In this document: positions 39,262 through 48,711 of the stretch, piece after piece
Numbering within the stretch: position 1 is the stretch's first letter
Layout of the letters: each line of letters begins with the position of its first letter
Origin: Promethearchaeota archaeon
GTDB taxonomy: Archaea; Asgardarchaeota; Lokiarchaeia; Sigyniarchaeales; SOKP01
Reading direction: 5' to 3'
NCBI GenBank assembly: GCA_048939995.1
Contig: JBHLOY010000003.1
Location: 352,001 to 416,000, forward strand
Length of the DNA stretch: 64,000 nt
The notes under the pieces: generated by a model
The model's database searches: none
What the model saw: only the letters and a program-made list of their open reading frames with translations
What the model was told of the DNA's origin: nothing
Made by a program: the position numbers and the translations under genes

Positions 39262-40236
39262 TTAAATCTTCTCTATAAATCTATAAGCAATATATAAGAA
39301 TGCCTCGTTTACATTCTCACCTGTCTTAGCAGAAGTAAGAATATAATGAAGATCTAACTCTTTTGATACAATTTTAAACTGTTCCTCTGTAATAGCAATT
39401 TGATTCTGTAAATCTGACTTGTTTCCTACTATTACAATTGGGATGTGATCTGGAACTGACTCTTTTATATCATTATGCCAGAATTTTATGCTTTCTAAAT
39501 GACTTCGAGTTCTATCAACTACTATAAATGCCGCATTTGCCCCATCATAGAATCGTTGTCTATAAGGTCGAATTTGACCAACCTGTCCACCGATGTCCCA
39601 GAGTACGAAATTTAATTGGGTATCTTCATCCATAATTATTGACTTTTTCGAGATTTCTACTCCGATTGTGCTTATATAGCTTTCTTTAAAACTATTCTCG
39701 ACAAATCTTTTTATTAGGGAAGTTTTACCAACTTTAAAATCTCCAGTTAGAATAACTTTAGATGTAAATTTTCCTTTCGGTAATTTTCCTTCTCTTCTTT
39801 TAGATAAAACCCTTATAATTTCGGGAATTTCTATTGAAACATTATCATTTCCTTCTAATAACATTTCAATTTTGCTAGCGATGTGTTCAGAGTAAACTTT
39901 TAACTCAACATCAGAAGTGGAAGGATCAGCAATAGTAGTTAGGATTGAATGATGCCCCATTGAACAGTATGCAAATTTTCTGTTTTGCAGTGAGGTAATA
40001 TTAAAAAAATTACTTTGGGTCTTGTATTCACTTTTTATTCGATCAATATATATATCTAAAAATGCTGAAATTGCTCCGATAATGGAGTCAGAATCTTCAT
40101 TTTCCTTCTCCTTGCTTTCAGAAGCTATTATGAAGCCATCTCTGTCACATAATGCAACAGCTGCAGCACCATCCACTTCATCCATATAATTTTTCAATAA
40201 TGAAGTAATACGGCTAATGTTGGGAAGGTGTTCCAT
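39262..40236 (-). CDS. Roadblock/LC7 domain fused to a Rab-like small GTPase
   Basis: N-terminal AVALCDRDGFIIAS roadblock pattern; G-boxes GDFKVGKTS, YISTIG, WDIGGQ, NKSD and TSAK. Confidence 0.9.
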   Translation of the reverse strand: MEHLPNISRITSLLKNYMDEVDGAAAVALCDRDGFIIASESKEKENEDSDSIIGAISAFLDIYIDRIKSEYKTQSNFFNITSLQNRKFAYCSMGHHSILTTIADPSTSDVELKVYSEHIASKIEMLLEGNDNVSIEIPEIIRVLSKRREGKLPKGKFTSKVILTGDFKVGKTSLIKRFVENSFKESYISTIGVEISKKSIIMDEDTQLNFVLWDIGGQVGQIRPYRQRFYDGANAAFIVVDRTRSHLESIKFWHNDIKESVPDHIPIVIVGNKSDLQNQIAITEEQFKIVSKELDLHYILTSAKTGENVNEAFLYIAYRFIEKI

Positions 40237-40391
40237 TGAGGCTTCACTCTTTAAATTATGTACTTACAAATAATATATGTTTACTTAATATAAATATAGG
40301 TACTAGAAAAATATTAAATTCATTATCTTAATCTATCTGAATATCCTCGTAATATAGCGTTTTTTATTTTTTAATTAGGGTTAATACCTCC

Positions 40392-40541
40392 ATGGTCAAG
40401 AATAAGATACAGGAACATGAAGAAAATATCGCTAAAATATTAGATCGCGTAATTTCCTTCTGTAAGCAGTCGGGATTTATAGATTTAGCACAAAAAGGGG
40501 AATATACTTTAAGAAAGTATTCCAACTCAAAAAAACAATAA
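40392..40541 (+). CDS. Small helical protein (49 aa), below the ORF-track cutoff
   Basis: MVKNKIQEHEENIAKILDRVISFCKQSGFIDLAQKGEYTLRKYSNSKKQ; similar to the next small ORF. Confidence 0.6.
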   Translation: MVKNKIQEHEENIAKILDRVISFCKQSGFIDLAQKGEYTLRKYSNSKKQ

Positions 40542-40633
40542 GATAATGTGTTCTCATTACCACTATTGTATATTCTAGTAGTTATATCACCATATTATAA
40601 TCCTTTTTAATTAAATTACTTTTTTCTTAATTT

Positions 40634-40807
40634 ATGACGGAAAATGTTAAGCTAAACTATGATATAGCAGATGAAGCAGAAATTATCCAAGTATTTGATC
40701 GCGCAGTGAAATTATTTGAAAAAACAGGTTTATATGATTTAGCTGAAAAATGGAGCAGAATTTTAAAAACTTACACGAATCGAGAACATATAAGTGATCT
40801 AATTTAA
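40634..40807 (+). CDS. Small helical protein (57 aa), paralog of the preceding ORF
   Basis: MTENVKLNYDIADEAEIIQVFDRAVKLFEKTGLYDLAEKWSRILKTYTNREHISDLI. Confidence 0.62.
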   Translation: MTENVKLNYDIADEAEIIQVFDRAVKLFEKTGLYDLAEKWSRILKTYTNREHISDLI

Positions 40808-40830
40808 GATTTTTTTTCCATAAGGTCAAT

Positions 40831-42714
40831 CTAACGATTTTCTTTCAAGAAATCTAAAATATGTAATTTTTTTTCATTGGATATCTTGTAGATCTCGAAG
40901 ACTAAGTGATTAATTTCTGCTTGTAAATCCTTCATTTGTTTATTATTTCCACCTTTAAGGTCTAGTATTTTTTTTACACTTCTTTGAATATTTCTAGCAA
41001 TTAGGACTTCTTTTGGATTTCTAGGCAACAAAATTGGTAAATTTTTAATTTTTTCAATAAGGATTCTTGGGAATAATTCTTTATAAGAACTAAACATTTT
41101 GATAAAATAATAGGATAATAATTGTGAATTTAGTAATCCCAATAAGTAATAGTGATTAAATTCAGGTAAAGAAGATTTAATAATCTTTAAATTATAGAAG
41201 GATTGAGAAGTTAGTGAATATTTATCATATGTAGCACAAATCATATTATTTTGGCTTAATTGCCTTATAACAATCCGATTTTTATAAATTCCTAAGTCTT
41301 TATAGTTTATTCCCTTCTTTTTAATGTTGATGTATTTATAGGCTTTAATAAAGTATCTACTCATTGAAAATAAGAAAGGCTCATAATCATTCTCCGATTC
41401 TTGAGGAATATTATCAACAACAATTTTCTCTATGTTATCCAAATTTAAGTATGAATCGCAATATTTACAGGTTTTGTTTTTTGCTGGTAAGGGGATATAA
41501 TTTTGGCATTTTTTACAATATAAAATTTTTCCATGCTTTCCTATTTCTACACCTCTAGAGATTTTTATTTTGAAGCTGGGACTTTTGTTTATTTCTTTAA
41601 TATTTAGAAATTTAGAAATAAGGTAATCTAAGATATTAACGTCATTGTCATTTAGGTTAAGTAAGAAATTGTAATTCCATTTTTTTAGGACTATTTGTAT
41701 AATTGCTCGATTGAAGTGATTTTTAAGTATGATCTGATTTTCAAGTCTTTTTTTCTTATCCTCCTCTTTTTCAAGAATAATTATAACATTCGATACAACA
41801 GGATCGTTAAAACATTTACCAATATAAAATAATTCTCTAATCTTAGTTTTTGTATATATAAATTTCCTTATCACTCTCCTGTTAGAAAGCACCAAAAGGG
41901 AATCTGGTACAATAAAACCAAGATAACCAGAATTTTTTAACACCCTAATTCCTAATTCAATAAAAACTTGATAATAATCATATTGACCCTTGATTGTTTC
42001 AAAATTTCCTATTTTTATTAAATGTTTATCATTTGAATCAATATTTCTTAGAAATATATAAGGAGGATTTCCTACCACAAAATTAAATCTATTAAATTCA
42101 TTAAATTCTAAAGCATTTATATTATAAATTTTAAATTTAGGAATTTTAAAATCAGGATTATTTTGAATGGCGATCTTGATTAAATTATAGATGGAAAAAT
42201 AAAGATTAATACAGCATAAAATACAAGCTAAAGGATTTATGTCTAAACCATAAACATTCTCTTGAATATCGTTTATAATTAATAGTACCTGATCATAAGA
42301 TAAATCAGATAAGTTTACTAAGCTATAATCTTTAAGATGGAATTCAACTAACCTTTTTATAATCTCAACAAGAAAACTTCCACATCCACAACTTAAATCG
42401 ATTATTTTCATACTTTCCAATTCATTATTGGAAGTATAACCAATACTATTTAAAATGTATTCTACAATATTTATTGGGGTATAAAATTCACCATATTTCT
42501 TCTTTTGACTATTTGGAATCTTCTTTTCGTATAGTTTACCAACTATATCATTTGCATTTAAATTAATATTTTCTTGTACTTCTAAATTATACAAATCGTC
42601 AAGAAGTATATTTATAGTATCTGTATCCTTTGACTCATCTTCTTTTAGATTGTAAATGTTTCTTAATTGTTGGACAATATTGTTCTCTCTAAGATAGTCT
42701 ACAAAATCTTTCAT
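40831..42714 (-). CDS. N6-adenine DNA methyltransferase, gamma class (TaqI/Eco57I-like) with a C-terminal target-recognition domain
   Basis: GEFYTP, IDLSCGCGSFL, GLDIN, VVGNPPY and LLGLLNS motifs; CxxC...CxxC insertion in the TRD. Confidence 0.9.
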   Translation of the reverse strand: MKDFVDYLRENNIVQQLRNIYNLKEDESKDTDTINILLDDLYNLEVQENINLNANDIVGKLYEKKIPNSQKKKYGEFYTPINIVEYILNSIGYTSNNELESMKIIDLSCGCGSFLVEIIKRLVEFHLKDYSLVNLSDLSYDQVLLIINDIQENVYGLDINPLACILCCINLYFSIYNLIKIAIQNNPDFKIPKFKIYNINALEFNEFNRFNFVVGNPPYIFLRNIDSNDKHLIKIGNFETIKGQYDYYQVFIELGIRVLKNSGYLGFIVPDSLLVLSNRRVIRKFIYTKTKIRELFYIGKCFNDPVVSNVIIILEKEEDKKKRLENQIILKNHFNRAIIQIVLKKWNYNFLLNLNDNDVNILDYLISKFLNIKEINKSPSFKIKISRGVEIGKHGKILYCKKCQNYIPLPAKNKTCKYCDSYLNLDNIEKIVVDNIPQESENDYEPFLFSMSRYFIKAYKYINIKKKGINYKDLGIYKNRIVIRQLSQNNMICATYDKYSLTSQSFYNLKIIKSSLPEFNHYYLLGLLNSQLLSYYFIKMFSSYKELFPRILIEKIKNLPILLPRNPKEVLIARNIQRSVKKILDLKGGNNKQMKDLQAEINHLVFEIYKISNEKKLHILDFLKENR

Positions 42715-42794
42715 AATCTTATTTTTATGTTATAATATACTAGATTCAAAATTAGGAATAAATTTTTTTATTAAAGAGTGAGTAATTAATAACT

Positions 42795-43301
42795 ATGGAA
42801 ATAATTAATGGAAGTCTTAAGAGTTTCAAAGAAAGGAAATTTCCAAGAAAAATTTGTTTCAAACCAATAGGAATCGTCCAATCACCCTTTAAGAGTCTAA
42901 AAGGGATACCAATTCAATCGACTATGTCAAATACTAAAGGAGAAATAAAAATATTTCCTCAATTCATTGAAGGTTTAAAAGGTTTGGAAGAATTTTCACA
43001 CATAGTTTGTCTCTATATTTTTGACTTGGTAAAATTACCGGTGCCATTGCAATCTAAACCATTTTTACAAAATGATATTAAGGGTATTTTTGCAATTCGA
43101 ACACCTTTCCGAATTAATCCAATTGGGTTATCAATATTAGAACTACTAAAAATTGAAGAAAATCTGGTTTATGTAAATAATCTGGATATACTAGATCAAA
43201 CTCCTGTTCTCGATATAAAACCGTATGTTCCTCAATTTGATTTTAGAGCTACTAATAAGATTGGATGGTTAAAGGGTAATATACGTGATAAGACAAGTTA
43301 A
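42795..43301 (+). CDS. tsaA: TsaA/TrmO family tRNA m6t6A37 methyltransferase
   Basis: KPIGIVQSPF, GIFAIRTPFRINPIGLS and LDQTPVLDIKPY motifs. Confidence 0.88.
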   Translation: MEIINGSLKSFKERKFPRKICFKPIGIVQSPFKSLKGIPIQSTMSNTKGEIKIFPQFIEGLKGLEEFSHIVCLYIFDLVKLPVPLQSKPFLQNDIKGIFAIRTPFRINPIGLSILELLKIEENLVYVNNLDILDQTPVLDIKPYVPQFDFRATNKIGWLKGNIRDKTS

Positions 43302-43400
43302 GGAACTTATTTTTCATTTAACCAATATTTATATAAGTATAGTTATATAATTTGATGATTAAAAATCAATTAATTAGTATTTACGGATCCAAGAATCTAA

Positions 43401-44504
43401 ATGATAGGAATTCTTTATATATCTATTTTCGTAGGGATAGTACTAATCGGATTCATTTATAGTATCTATTACCGAGAGAACTACGAAGCTGAAATCGAAT
43501 TTGCCATCGTGATACTAGTTTATTTCATAAATCAAGCATTATACTTTATCCTATTTAATCTAGCAATAGAAAATTATTTTGACAGTCAGATTTCAATAAT
43601 CATATGGAAAATATCAATCTTTATTGGAGCTTTTTCTATAGGATTATGGTCTTCAATTCATATTGCAGAATTACATAAATATAATCTCCTTAGTTTTTTT
43701 GTAATAATCATTTACTTCTTATTGGAAGGAATTATAATTAGTTTACTCTTTTTTCCAGCTTCTTTTCACGTAATTCTTGATAATAATGATTATTTTTATA
43801 TTTTTCAAGATTTCTTTTTATTAGGCTTTATTTTATTATTCTATTTTTTAGTTATTATCGTTTCTATAATCTCTCAAATAATGGGTTTGAGGAACTTTAA
43901 TGACAAAGATTTGGCTAATTTTTTTACTGGTTATATTTTTCTAATATCACTAAACACAATTATATATTCCATATTTCTTATCACTCAAAATATCCTATTT
44001 AGAACTACACATATAATTCTATACATATTAAATACGGCATTCATGCTCTATGTAATTATAAGAAAGCCAGCTCTATTTTTGGTATTCACCAATAAAATTT
44101 ATGACTTTATCATCTTTCATAAATCTGGAATTCTACTTTATGCCTATAATTTTCAAACAAGTAAAGAAGTCGATGATTCCCTGTTAAAGGGGAGTATTTT
44201 AATAGGTATAAATCATATTTTGGCTAATTTTTCTGGTATTGAAAATCAACTAAATCATATAAAGATGAGTAATAAAGGAATAATGTTTAATTTTCAAAAT
44301 GAATTAGGTTATGCGGTTTTATTAATTGCGAGACATAAAAATAAAACTCTTGAGAAGGCTTTGCAAAATTTTATAGACAAATTTTCTGCCTACAATAAAG
44401 AAAAATTATTAAATTTAAATGGATTAATTGATGTTTCTATGTTTAAGGACACAAGAAAATTAATTATAGAATGTTTTGGTAAATATAACGTTAGATTTTT
44501 ATGA
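43401..44504 (+). CDS. 7-TM membrane protein with a C-terminal longin-like domain
   Basis: Seven hydrophobic segments, then IIFHKSGILLYAYNF...GINHIL...GYAVLLI...F..KF pattern. Confidence 0.7.
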   Translation: MIGILYISIFVGIVLIGFIYSIYYRENYEAEIEFAIVILVYFINQALYFILFNLAIENYFDSQISIIIWKISIFIGAFSIGLWSSIHIAELHKYNLLSFFVIIIYFLLEGIIISLLFFPASFHVILDNNDYFYIFQDFFLLGFILLFYFLVIIVSIISQIMGLRNFNDKDLANFFTGYIFLISLNTIIYSIFLITQNILFRTTHIILYILNTAFMLYVIIRKPALFLVFTNKIYDFIIFHKSGILLYAYNFQTSKEVDDSLLKGSILIGINHILANFSGIENQLNHIKMSNKGIMFNFQNELGYAVLLIARHKNKTLEKALQNFIDKFSAYNKEKLLNLNGLIDVSMFKDTRKLIIECFGKYNVRFL

Positions 44505-44534
44505 AAAACTACAAAGCAAAATTATAGAATAATC

Positions 44535-45683
44535 ATGAATTATTTCCCAAGCATTTCGATTATTATTGGATATTTTATAACCTTATGTCTTACATTTATT
44601 ACAATGCTTAATATAATAAAAAAGCATAAGTTATTTGGCACAAAAACTATTGCTTATCTAAGCCTTGTGACAGTTCTTAACTCTGGGTTCATCTTTTCTA
44701 CGTGTTATTTATTCTCTGTAGTTTTATATATTTCAAATACCATCAATTTAATATTATGGAAAATCTCATTGATTTCTGAATCCATATCCTTAATTTTAAG
44801 TTCCATTATTTATTCGTTTTTTAAGGAATATAGGAAATTCCAAATATTACCTGCTTTAATGATCACAGTTCTTTTTGGGTTACAGATTGGCGCGTTATTA
44901 TTGCCTGCATCTATTATAATAAATGTTTCTTCTCCTCCTTCATATCTTTTTTCAATAATAGATGTGTCTGCGATTAACTATTATTTCGATTTTTTAACTT
45001 CTGCTATTATTATTATAATGCAAATTTGTTTTGCTGTTTATTTTTTATATATCTCTATTTATGTTGGTTTAAAAACAGATAAACCAATGGAAAGTATACC
45101 AGTTTTTTTGAGTACAATTTTCCTAACCATTCCTTTAGCTTTTTTTGCCCTTTACATTATTCTAAGATATTCATTTCTTAGAGAACTCTTTCTTATATTA
45201 ATATGGATAACCAACTTCGGAGTTGATATTATGTTGATATTCAAACCCAATACTTTTCTTATTTTGCCTAATAAAATATATTCAATTAATATTTATCATA
45301 AATCTGGTATTTTACTCTATTCGTATAATCTTAGAAAAGAGAGCGCATATATAGATAATTCAAAGATTTGGGGAAATGTTATAATTGGATTAAACCATAT
45401 TCTATATGAATTCGTTGATAAGACTGATAAAATTGATGTTATTCAAACTAAACAAGCAGATATCGTTATGAATTATGATAATGAATATGGTTTTGCCATT
45501 ATAGTAATAACCTCAAAAAAGAATGTGATTGTTGAGAGATTAATTCAAAACTTTTCCCAAGAATTCAAATCTTTCTATAAAAATGAACTGAATGAAATCC
45601 AAGATTTAAATCGGTTAATCAATGTTTCAGAATTCAAAGATACAGGAAAAATAATTGAGAAACATTTTCAAATATATTTCTAA
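44535..45683 (+). CDS. 7-TM membrane protein with a C-terminal longin-like domain (paralog)
   Basis: Same architecture; NIYHKSGILLYSYNL...GLNHIL...GFAIIVI...LINVSEFKDT. Confidence 0.7.
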   Translation: MNYFPSISIIIGYFITLCLTFITMLNIIKKHKLFGTKTIAYLSLVTVLNSGFIFSTCYLFSVVLYISNTINLILWKISLISESISLILSSIIYSFFKEYRKFQILPALMITVLFGLQIGALLLPASIIINVSSPPSYLFSIIDVSAINYYFDFLTSAIIIIMQICFAVYFLYISIYVGLKTDKPMESIPVFLSTIFLTIPLAFFALYIILRYSFLRELFLILIWITNFGVDIMLIFKPNTFLILPNKIYSINIYHKSGILLYSYNLRKESAYIDNSKIWGNVIIGLNHILYEFVDKTDKIDVIQTKQADIVMNYDNEYGFAIIVITSKKNVIVERLIQNFSQEFKSFYKNELNEIQDLNRLINVSEFKDTGKIIEKHFQIYF

Positions 45684-45776
45684 ATTTTAAAATTACTAAA
45701 TCATAAATATCTAAACATTTTTTAATGTTTATTTCTATAAAACCCATAAAAAAATAACATTTATAACTATACACAA

Positions 45777-45989
45777 ATGAACCAAATAGAGATCCAGGAT
45801 AAAGAATGGGCTCATGATTGGAAAATTATTGTCAGTATTTATGATACCATTGATCAATTAAAAGCATCATTTGCGAAATTAGATGTTCCTTATTTACGGG
45901 AGATTCAACAAAAAGTTCTCATTTTAAATCTTGAAAAATATGCATGGTCTCTGCAGAACTACATCATCGAAAAATATTCTCGAGAATAA
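45777..45989 (+). CDS. Small hypothetical protein
   Basis: 70-aa ATG ORF with plausible composition. Confidence 0.6.
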   Translation: MNQIEIQDKEWAHDWKIIVSIYDTIDQLKASFAKLDVPYLREIQQKVLILNLEKYAWSLQNYIIEKYSRE

Positions 45990-46086
45990 AATGGTAATTC
46001 TCTTTTGATGATTATAAAAAGGCTGAAGGCTTAACTGCCTCAAAAATAGTCTTACCAGATGGTATTGAGATTAAAGAAAATGATAC

Positions 46087-46821
46087 TTAATCACTTTCTA
46101 TATCGGAATTTTTAATACTATCATCAATTTCCACTTTTTGCAAAAGTTCAGTAAGAACAACTTTATTATAAGATAAAAGCATTCTTGGGACATAATTTTC
46201 GGCTAAATAAGCGCCATCCTCAACCTCTTCTTTTAAAGGAAATAGATCTTTTTCCTTGATAACTGAACCTAGATAATTACGGTCATATTCTTTATAACCA
46301 AATAGTTCATTTCTTACAATAACCATTTTTCGCTCATATCCTTCTGGTAAACCAGCCTTTTCAAGTAATAATAATATCTTCTCTCGAGATAGCGATTCTA
46401 ACAATTCAAGATCTTCTCGAGTCCCTTCATAAGTTGGTCCAGTTTGGCTCACCTCATAATCAATTTCTTCTTCTATTCCAATCATGACTTTGAAAGCTTG
46501 AGTCTCATTTTCTTGATCTACAGCAGTTATTTTAAAAGCAATTCCGTGTTTATCTCTAATCGGGGCAGCCATTTTAGCTGCTAGAAACTTCATCCTAGTT
46601 GTGGTATTAGAACCATGCCATAACCAGACCCGATAATGTTGAGGGTCTACGAAGAGGAGAACGAAATCATCATCCAATAAATCCTTCAAATTTACGTCTG
46701 TATCGATAACTAGCTCCTCAAAATCTCCTATAGTGTCATTAAATTGATAGACTATTATTGGTTGTTCTTGTCTTCCTACTTTAGTCAATTCTTCTTTGCC
46801 TTCAGATTGCTTGTTTGACAT
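46087..46821 (-). CDS. Gelsolin-like domain protein
   Basis: LLDDDFVLLFVD...VWLWHGSNTT..MKFLAAKMA...VDQENETQAF matches the gelsolin repeat pattern; C-terminal half unrecognised. Confidence 0.7.
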   Translation of the reverse strand: MSNKQSEGKEELTKVGRQEQPIIVYQFNDTIGDFEELVIDTDVNLKDLLDDDFVLLFVDPQHYRVWLWHGSNTTTRMKFLAAKMAAPIRDKHGIAFKITAVDQENETQAFKVMIGIEEEIDYEVSQTGPTYEGTREDLELLESLSREKILLLLEKAGLPEGYERKMVIVRNELFGYKEYDRNYLGSVIKEKDLFPLKEEVEDGAYLAENYVPRMLLSYNKVVLTELLQKVEIDDSIKNSDIESD

Positions 46822-47008
46822 TTTAAATTAAGAAAGTAGTTGAATATATTACTTATAAGTTCTAATAATATATTATTATTTTCCGTATTAAAATAGATAT
46901 GTTGAATTGTTTACCATCTAAAAAATAAAAATTAGAGTTTTAAACAATTTTATAGATTATATAATAATGACATAAATATGTAATTTTCACGTACTTTTTT
47001 AGAAATAA

Positions 47009-47093
47009 GCGGGAATCGCCAAGTTTGGTCAAAGGCGCTGGACTCAGAATCCAGTCCCGTAGGGGTTCGGGAGTTCGAATCTCCCTTCCCGCA
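47009..47093 (+). tRNA. tRNA-Leu(CAG), intronless, CCA not encoded
   Basis: Acceptor stem GCGGGAA/TTCCCGC, anticodon arm CTGGA-CTCAGAA-TCCAG, long variable arm, T-arm GGGAG-TTCGAAT-CTCCC. Confidence 0.96.
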
Positions 47094-47109
47094 TAAATAA
47101 CCCTTCTTC

Positions 47110-47316
47110 TTATCTTAATTCTAATCTAATTTTACAATAAGGACAATGTAATGGTAATTCTTCATTGCATGTCTCTAATTCTTCACTACTTAATATATTT
47201 TTCCAGCAAATCAATTTATCTCCTCTTTTAATCATATCCCTTCCATGATGTTGGGGTATAATATCTTTTGTTTGACAGTTATCGCAGATTACCAATTTTG
47301 CTTCGTTTTCCAGCTC
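47110..47316 (-). pseudogene. Orphan copy of the last 68 codons of the P1B ATPase (Cys/His domain)
   Basis: 51 of 68 aa identical to 48712..48918, colinear and ending at the same stop position; homology stops abruptly at 47316. Confidence 0.75.
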
Positions 47317-47680
47317 CCACTGAATAAAATATATCTGAAACTCTGCGACAAACTTCGGTTTCAAAGCTTTTATCAACGCACTTCAAAATGAGATGTACAA
47401 CTTGCATATATTGTTTTCGACTAATTTTTTGGTGAATAAAATCTTGTGAGGTTACATCCAAAATATCTAAATAGGTGGTAATAGGTGTTTCAGTAACCTC
47501 ATTGAAACAGTCTAACTTTTTCTTAAAATCCTCAGCAGAGATAATCGGGAAGTTTTCGCCAATAGCTTTTCGTAAAATCATGTTTTTAAACATACGTGCT
47601 ACCCGATATGAAAAATGATACTGAGAATTCCATGTTTCAAAAAACTTAAATATCATCTTATTTTCATTATTGATTGACAA
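47279..47680 (-). CDS. Hypothetical protein whose 3' end runs out of frame into the ATPase remnant
   Basis: 133-aa TTG ORF; no family recognised. Confidence 0.5.
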   Translation of the reverse strand: MSINNENKMIFKFFETWNSQYHFSYRVARMFKNMILRKAIGENFPIISAEDFKKKLDCFNEVTETPITTYLDILDVTSQDFIHQKISRKQYMQVVHLILKCVDKSFETEVCRRVSDIFYSVGAGKRSKIGNLR

Positions 47681-47819
47681 TCTAATGTAAAGTGATTGAT
47701 TTCTATAAGTAATTCAAAAATTTTTTTTAAATATGATCATAGATTCAGTTTTAGATGATCATTTCTGAAAATATGATAAATAAGAATTAAAAGAAAAAAT
47801 ATTAAGAGAGAGAGTTTGA

Positions 47820-48371
47820 ATGAAAAAACAAACAGTTTCATGGATATTAATAGGAATGTTATTTCTTATAGGTATATCAGGAATTATGATCCCTGTTTCA
47901 GCGCAGAAACCTACTCAAATATATATTACCTTTGAGGTAGAATTTACTGTATATACACCTCAGGGGAATATTTTAGCCTATATCCCAAGCATGGTCGTCG
48001 AACAGCCGTTTTTGAAAACTGGGAGTGGATATCATACAGACAAAATGTGGCATTTAATACCTTGGTTATACCCCGAAGACATAACTGGTTCACCAGTAAT
48101 TATATCTCAAGGACAATTCCACTGCTGGTTGAGTTTTATGTCACACTGGCCTGAACCACCCCTTCCGTTAGTTCAAGAATTTTGGGGGGATTTGACTATC
48201 ATTTATGATCAAACGATGATGGGTAATTATTTCGACCGTGGATATGTAATTAGTGAAGAATTTCCATGGGATTTTTATATTCCGGATTTGATGATTCCTG
48301 TGCAAATTGGTAACACAGATATTTGGTACCTAGGGTATACTTTATACACTGTTAGTCCAGTATACTCATAA
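47820..48371 (+). CDS. Hypothetical secreted protein
   Basis: Signal peptide MKKQ...IPVSA; aromatic/Pro-rich mature part. Confidence 0.7.
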   Translation: MKKQTVSWILIGMLFLIGISGIMIPVSAQKPTQIYITFEVEFTVYTPQGNILAYIPSMVVEQPFLKTGSGYHTDKMWHLIPWLYPEDITGSPVIISQGQFHCWLSFMSHWPEPPLPLVQEFWGDLTIIYDQTMMGNYFDRGYVISEEFPWDFYIPDLMIPVQIGNTDIWYLGYTLYTVSPVYS

Positions 48372-48376
48372 CTATT

Positions 48377-48452
48377 AATTAATCATTAAAATGATTAATT
48401 GATTATTAAAAAGAACTCTGGAACTGAGTGTTTCAGAGTTAAAGTTTTTTTT
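48377..48452 (+). terminator. Two hairpins followed by a T-run
   Basis: AATTAATCAT/ATGATTAATT (48377-48400) and AACTCTGGAAC/GTTTCAGAGTT (48414-48440), then a T tract. Confidence 0.55.
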
Positions 48453-48711
48453 ATATCTTTAATCGATTCTCAATTAATTAGTTGAAGAATTTGGTTATAA
48501 ATACATATTTATTATCCTACACTTATTTAAGATTCGTAAGAGCTATGTGGTATGAATTTTGTAATGACAAAATTTTCTAAATATACTTTTAAATGATTTG
48601 TATATTTATAAAAACCCTTTACCCCACTCCGGGGAGTGGCATTCTTTCAGGTGAAGAAATTAAAGTTCAAAAAGATAAAATAGAAAAATAATAGCCTTGA
48701 ATATAGTAGAG

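Noticed and set aside
45990-46090. Protein-like stretch FSFDDYKKAEGLTASKIVLPDGIEIKENDT after the 70-aa ORF, near a TATTCTCGAGAATA palindrome; possible second intron or frameshift
   Set aside because: I could not build a BHB with 3-nt bulges and have no homolog to define a joined product; left unsupported.
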